33,615 bases of DNA, from sequence record SRR22947725_427; one strand, 5' to 3'. Positions within the stretch are counted from its first letter, which is position 1. Each line of letters starts with the position of its first letter. The notes beneath the pieces were generated by a model. The model did no database searches. It saw only the letters and a list, made by a program, of their open reading frames with translations, and was not told where the DNA came from. A program made the translations under genes and the position numbers. Positions 29,878 through 33,615 of the stretch are shown here, in pieces.

Positions 29878-30898
29878 TTTTTAAATTGCTCCCTTTATTC
29901 ATCATTTTTGCAACTCCCATTGAGAATCTATTTATTTCTAACCAGGGATCTCCTATCTTTAAACCTTTGCTTATTTGATCTATCTCCTGAATTTTATGTA
30001 GGCAAGCTTTCACTTGTTTAGCACTTAAATTCTTAACCGCGTGGGATGCTAAATTTTGTGAATTTCCGAATAATCTGAGTTTTAAAAAGATATTAGAGTT
30101 TGGTTGGTTGGTTGACAGCTTGATTCTTGATATTGCTTTGAAAAACCAAGCAAAAAGACCATTTACCATTACCGGCTGTACCCCTTCTTCTGTAAGATAA
30201 ATTACTGCTTCATTAGCTTTCCTTAAATTTCCAGTGATGCAATGCTCAATCAAATTAAAACCATCATGTCTCGAACCATTTGTAATATGGGCAGATATTA
30301 TTTTTTCATTTATTTCCTGATTTGGATAAATTAATTTTAATTTTTTTATATCATTTTCTGCTTGAATTAAGTTACCCATAGAGTAATTCACCAGGAGTTT
30401 TTTTGCTTCATTTGTCATGCTAATCTGGTGCAGTTTTATTCTATGCTCTATTGCATCAAAGAGTTGTTCATTATTTGGCTCTTCAACATTTAATAAAAGA
30501 CAAAAATTTTTGAATAACTCAAACCAATTTTGTTTTTTGTAGTCCTTAAAGTATTTTTTAAAATAAAAAATGAAATAGTCATCTGAATATTCTTTAATCT
30601 TTTGTAATAGAATTTTTTTAATTTCTTTTTTAATAATTCCATCAGCAACATCAATTTCAAATAATCTTTTCTCGCTAAAAAGTGATTTACTATTCAAGAT
30701 ATGGTCTAGATTATGAAGATCAATTCCATTTTCTAGCTTAATTTTAATTTTATCAATGCCATCCTTTTTACATGAATTATTAATATCATCCTTTATAGTG
30801 CAAATTTGTACCGCTTCAATACCTACTACAACTAAACAGTTTTTTTTATTTTTATCGAGATTTTCTAAAATATTAGAGGGTGCAAATTTTGCAAACAT
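29870..30898 (-). CDS. holA: DNA polymerase III delta subunit (divergent)
   Basis: It has SLFSEKRL, GNLIQAENDIKKLKL and IDQISKGL...DPW, and sits in the leuS-lptE-holA order. Confidence 0.88.
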   Translation of the reverse strand: MFAKFAPSNILENLDKNKKNCLVVVGIEAVQICTIKDDINNSCKKDGIDKIKIKLENGIDLHNLDHILNSKSLFSEKRLFEIDVADGIIKKEIKKILLQKIKEYSDDYFIFYFKKYFKDYKKQNWFELFKNFCLLLNVEEPNNEQLFDAIEHRIKLHQISMTNEAKKLLVNYSMGNLIQAENDIKKLKLIYPNQEINEKIISAHITNGSRHDGFNLIEHCITGNLRKANEAVIYLTEEGVQPVMVNGLFAWFFKAISRIKLSTNQPNSNIFLKLRLFGNSQNLASHAVKNLSAKQVKACLHKIQEIDQISKGLKIGDPWLEINRFSMGVAKMMNKGSNLKNG

Positions 30899-30900
30899 AA

Positions 30901-31377
30901 TTATTTTGAAAGTGAGAGTTGGGTAGCCATAGTTTTGATTAATTGATCTTCCATACCAGATACCAACCTTTTTTCTTCTTCATCTTTGGCTAAAATATCT
31001 GCATCATCATAGGTGTAAGTCCTATTAGCTTCAATTGTGATTGGGTCATTCCAAGGGGTATTTTTATTTTTGAATCGATAGGTAACTTCGTAATCTAGTT
31101 GATATTCACTGACTGCACCTGTCCCAGTTAATGATAGGATGGTTTTGGTAAAATTATTTTTTATAATTTCCACAAATTTTTCCGCTTGCGCAGCGTTTTC
31201 AATAGAAATTCCTGCTTGTCTAAATTTTCTTTGTAGTGTTTTATTAAAACTTGGGCTTCCACCTGTAATTGAAATTGAATCAAAATTTGCTTGAATATCC
31301 CCTCTTAACTGAAAACCACAAGCGCTAAGAAACAATATAAGTGACAGCACAGTTAACTTTTTTAAAAAAATTTGCAT
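30901..31377 (-). CDS. lptE: LPS assembly lipoprotein LptE
   Basis: The lipobox LSAC is followed by GFQLRG, with ILSL...G...EYQL and LAKDEEE. It lies between leuS and holA. Confidence 0.95.
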   Translation of the reverse strand: MQIFLKKLTVLSLILFLSACGFQLRGDIQANFDSISITGGSPSFNKTLQRKFRQAGISIENAAQAEKFVEIIKNNFTKTILSLTGTGAVSEYQLDYEVTYRFKNKNTPWNDPITIEANRTYTYDDADILAKDEEEKRLVSGMEDQLIKTMATQLSLSK

Positions 31378-31379
31378 AT

Positions 31380-33615
31380 TTAATTTTTAATTACAACATT
31401 CACCAATTTATTCTTAACATATATTGTTTTGATAATTTCTTTGCCAGTTGTATATTTCTTTATATTTTCTTGTAGTAGTGCTTTATCTTTTATTTTATCT
31501 TCGGAGTCACTAGTTGATATTATCATATTTGCCCTTAACTTTCCGTTGACTTGAATCACGATTGAGACTTCATCTTTTATCAAAGCATTTTCATCAACTT
31601 GTGGCCATTGAGATTTTTCGATCGGGTTTTCAGGCCTCAGGATTTCCCATAGCGCTTTTGAAATATGTGGTACAAAAGGATTTAACATTAATATGACATT
31701 TTCAAACATTTCTTGTCTCAGTTTAAAAGATATTGTCCGGATATCCTTTGATTTTGTGTATGCATTAATGAGCTCCATAATAGAAGATATAGCTGTATTG
31801 AAACTATTACGTCTGGTTAAATCATCTGTAACTTTCTTTATAGTTGAATGAAGTGTGTAGTGTAAATCAGTAATTTCTCCATCACTTATTGACCCTAAAT
31901 CCTCTTTATTATTTTGATGTGTATAGATCAATGACCAAAGTTTTCTTAGAAACCGATGAGACCCTTCAATACCCTTATCTGACCACTCTAGGCTTTGTTC
32001 AGCTGGTGCAGCAAACATGATAAAGAGTCTTGCAGTGTCAGCGCCATATTTTTTTATCAATTCATTAGGGTCAACTGTATTCCCTTTAGATTTTGACATT
32101 TTGGTCCCATCTTTAAGAACCATCCCTTGCGTTAATAGCTTTTTAAAAGGCTCAGCTGAGCTCACTAAATTCATGTCAAATAAAATTCTATTAAAAAAAC
32201 GTGCATACAAAAGATGAAGGATTGCATGTTCTATACCACCAATATAGTAGTCAACTGGCAACCAATTCTTAGCCCGCTCATCGAGCATTGCATTATGTTG
32301 ATCAAAACTTGCGTATCTTGCAAAATACCATGAAGATTCAAAGAAAGTATCTAAAGTGTCAGTTTCTCTTTCAGCTATTTCACCACATTTAGGACACAAA
32401 CATTTTTTAAAATCCTCTAATTTTTTTAATGGTGATCCATGTTCATCAATATTAATATTCTCAGGTAATACTATAGGGAGATCTTTTTCATCAACTGGGA
32501 TATCTCCACATGTTTGACAACGGACCATAGGAATAGGGCAGCCCCAGTAACGTTGTCTTGAAACACCCCAATCCCTCAAGCGATATTGAATTGTCCCCTT
32601 TCCTTTTTTTAAGGCTTCAACTTTTTTCGTTATAATTTTTTGCGCATTTATACTTTCCAGACCATCAAATTCATCTGAATTAATCAACTTACCTTTCCCT
32701 GTGTACACATGCCCATCTATTTTTTTATTGCTTTTAATTACTTGTGTAATTGGTAAATCATATTTTTTTGCAAATTCATGGTCTCTTTCGTCATGGGCTG
32801 GAACAGCCATAATAGCGCCTTCTCCATAGCCCGCTAAAACATAATTTGCAATCCATACAGGAATTCTTTTTTTAGAGATTGGGTGGTAGGCATATAGCCC
32901 AGTAAAAATTCCCTTTTTTTCAGCAGTAGCTATATCTACTTCTGAAACACTTTTACTCAAAGATTTAATAAAAGATAGCACAGATGCATTATTGATCATT
33001 CGACATAATTCATGTTCAGGTGCTATTGCTAAAAATGTTGCACCCATCAGAGTATCGGGTCTTGTGGTATAAACTTTGATATTTTTTATACTTAGGTTCT
33101 TCAAGTCGTTTTTATTGTTATCTCTTAGCGAAAGATCAAATTCAATCTCACAGCCTTCACTTTTACCTATCCAGTTTTTTTGCATTGTTTTGACCTGATC
33201 TGGCCAATCATTTAATCCATCGAGGCCATCAAGAAGGTCATCTGCATATTTAGTTATTCGCATAAAATATTGTGGGATTTCTTTTCTTTCTACCGCGGCA
33301 CCTGATCGCCATCCTTTTCCATCAACTACCTGCTCATTTGCTAATACTGTTTGATCAACTGGATCCCAATTGACTGTTGAGGTTTTTTTATAAATCATAT
33401 CTTGCTTAAAAAGCTTTAAGAAGAACCATTGCTCCCATTTATAGTATTCCACGGAACAGGTTGAAATTTCCCTTTCCCAGTCTACTGCTAGACCGAGTTC
33501 TTTGAGCTGCCCACGCATATGCTCAATATTTTGGTAAGTCCATTTTGCAGGTGCAGTTTTGTTTTGAATAGCAGCATTTTCCGCCGGAAGTCCAAAAGCA
33601 TCCCATCCCATAGGT
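31380..33615 (-). CDS. leuS: Leucine--tRNA ligase (5'-truncated by the window edge)
   Basis: It begins in frame at (P)MGWDAFGLPAENAA, which is an internal motif, and carries TTRPDT, DWGVSRQRYWG, GGIEHAILHLLY, KMSKS and IQVNGKLR. Confidence 0.99.
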   Translation of the reverse strand, partial: PMGWDAFGLPAENAAIQNKTAPAKWTYQNIEHMRGQLKELGLAVDWEREISTCSVEYYKWEQWFFLKLFKQDMIYKKTSTVNWDPVDQTVLANEQVVDGKGWRSGAAVERKEIPQYFMRITKYADDLLDGLDGLNDWPDQVKTMQKNWIGKSEGCEIEFDLSLRDNNKNDLKNLSIKNIKVYTTRPDTLMGATFLAIAPEHELCRMINNASVLSFIKSLSKSVSEVDIATAEKKGIFTGLYAYHPISKKRIPVWIANYVLAGYGEGAIMAVPAHDERDHEFAKKYDLPITQVIKSNKKIDGHVYTGKGKLINSDEFDGLESINAQKIITKKVEALKKGKGTIQYRLRDWGVSRQRYWGCPIPMVRCQTCGDIPVDEKDLPIVLPENINIDEHGSPLKKLEDFKKCLCPKCGEIAERETDTLDTFFESSWYFARYASFDQHNAMLDERAKNWLPVDYYIGGIEHAILHLLYARFFNRILFDMNLVSSAEPFKKLLTQGMVLKDGTKMSKSKGNTVDPNELIKKYGADTARLFIMFAAPAEQSLEWSDKGIEGSHRFLRKLWSLIYTHQNNKEDLGSISDGEITDLHYTLHSTIKKVTDDLTRRNSFNTAISSIMELINAYTKSKDIRTISFKLRQEMFENVILMLNPFVPHISKALWEILRPENPIEKSQWPQVDENALIKDEVSIVIQVNGKLRANMIISTSDSEDKIKDKALLQENIKKYTTGKEIIKTIYVKNKLVNVVIKN

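Noticed and set aside
33075..33135. Short insertion in LeuS before the TTRPDT motif (LSLRDNNKNDLKNLSIK) as a possible intein or mobile insert
   Set aside because: It is only about 10 extra residues in a variable loop, with no intein motifs.

Overview
This is a very AT-rich, gene-dense core-genome segment of a streamlined betaproteobacterium. RpsT/RpmA sequences, gene order and composition suggest the Methylophilaceae OM43/Methylopumilus-like group; this placement is inference. The window holds about 36 protein genes, almost all housekeeping: cysS(partial)-argJ-mutT/thiE-like fusion; a minus-strand coaE-zapD-yacG-PCuAC run (yacG is not in the ORF track); an orphan 113-aa gene; ispB; rplU-rpmA-obgE-proB-purE-purK; rpsT; murJ-ribF-ileS-lspA-yjbQ; gpmI-envC; grxC-secB-SH3-gpsA; trmL; bioBFHCD with a candidate BirA operator; and leuS(partial)-lptE-holA-proA-nadD. 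I found no RNA genes, CRISPR arrays, mobile elements or defence systems, and no convincing novel multi-gene system. The best leads are modest: the orphan gene sitting where pilBCD usually lie, apparent loss of comF next to bioB, a BirA-like operator interleaved with a second inverted repeat, a copper chaperone appended to the yacG operon, a mutT fusion with no obvious canonical start, and terminator-less convergent junctions.
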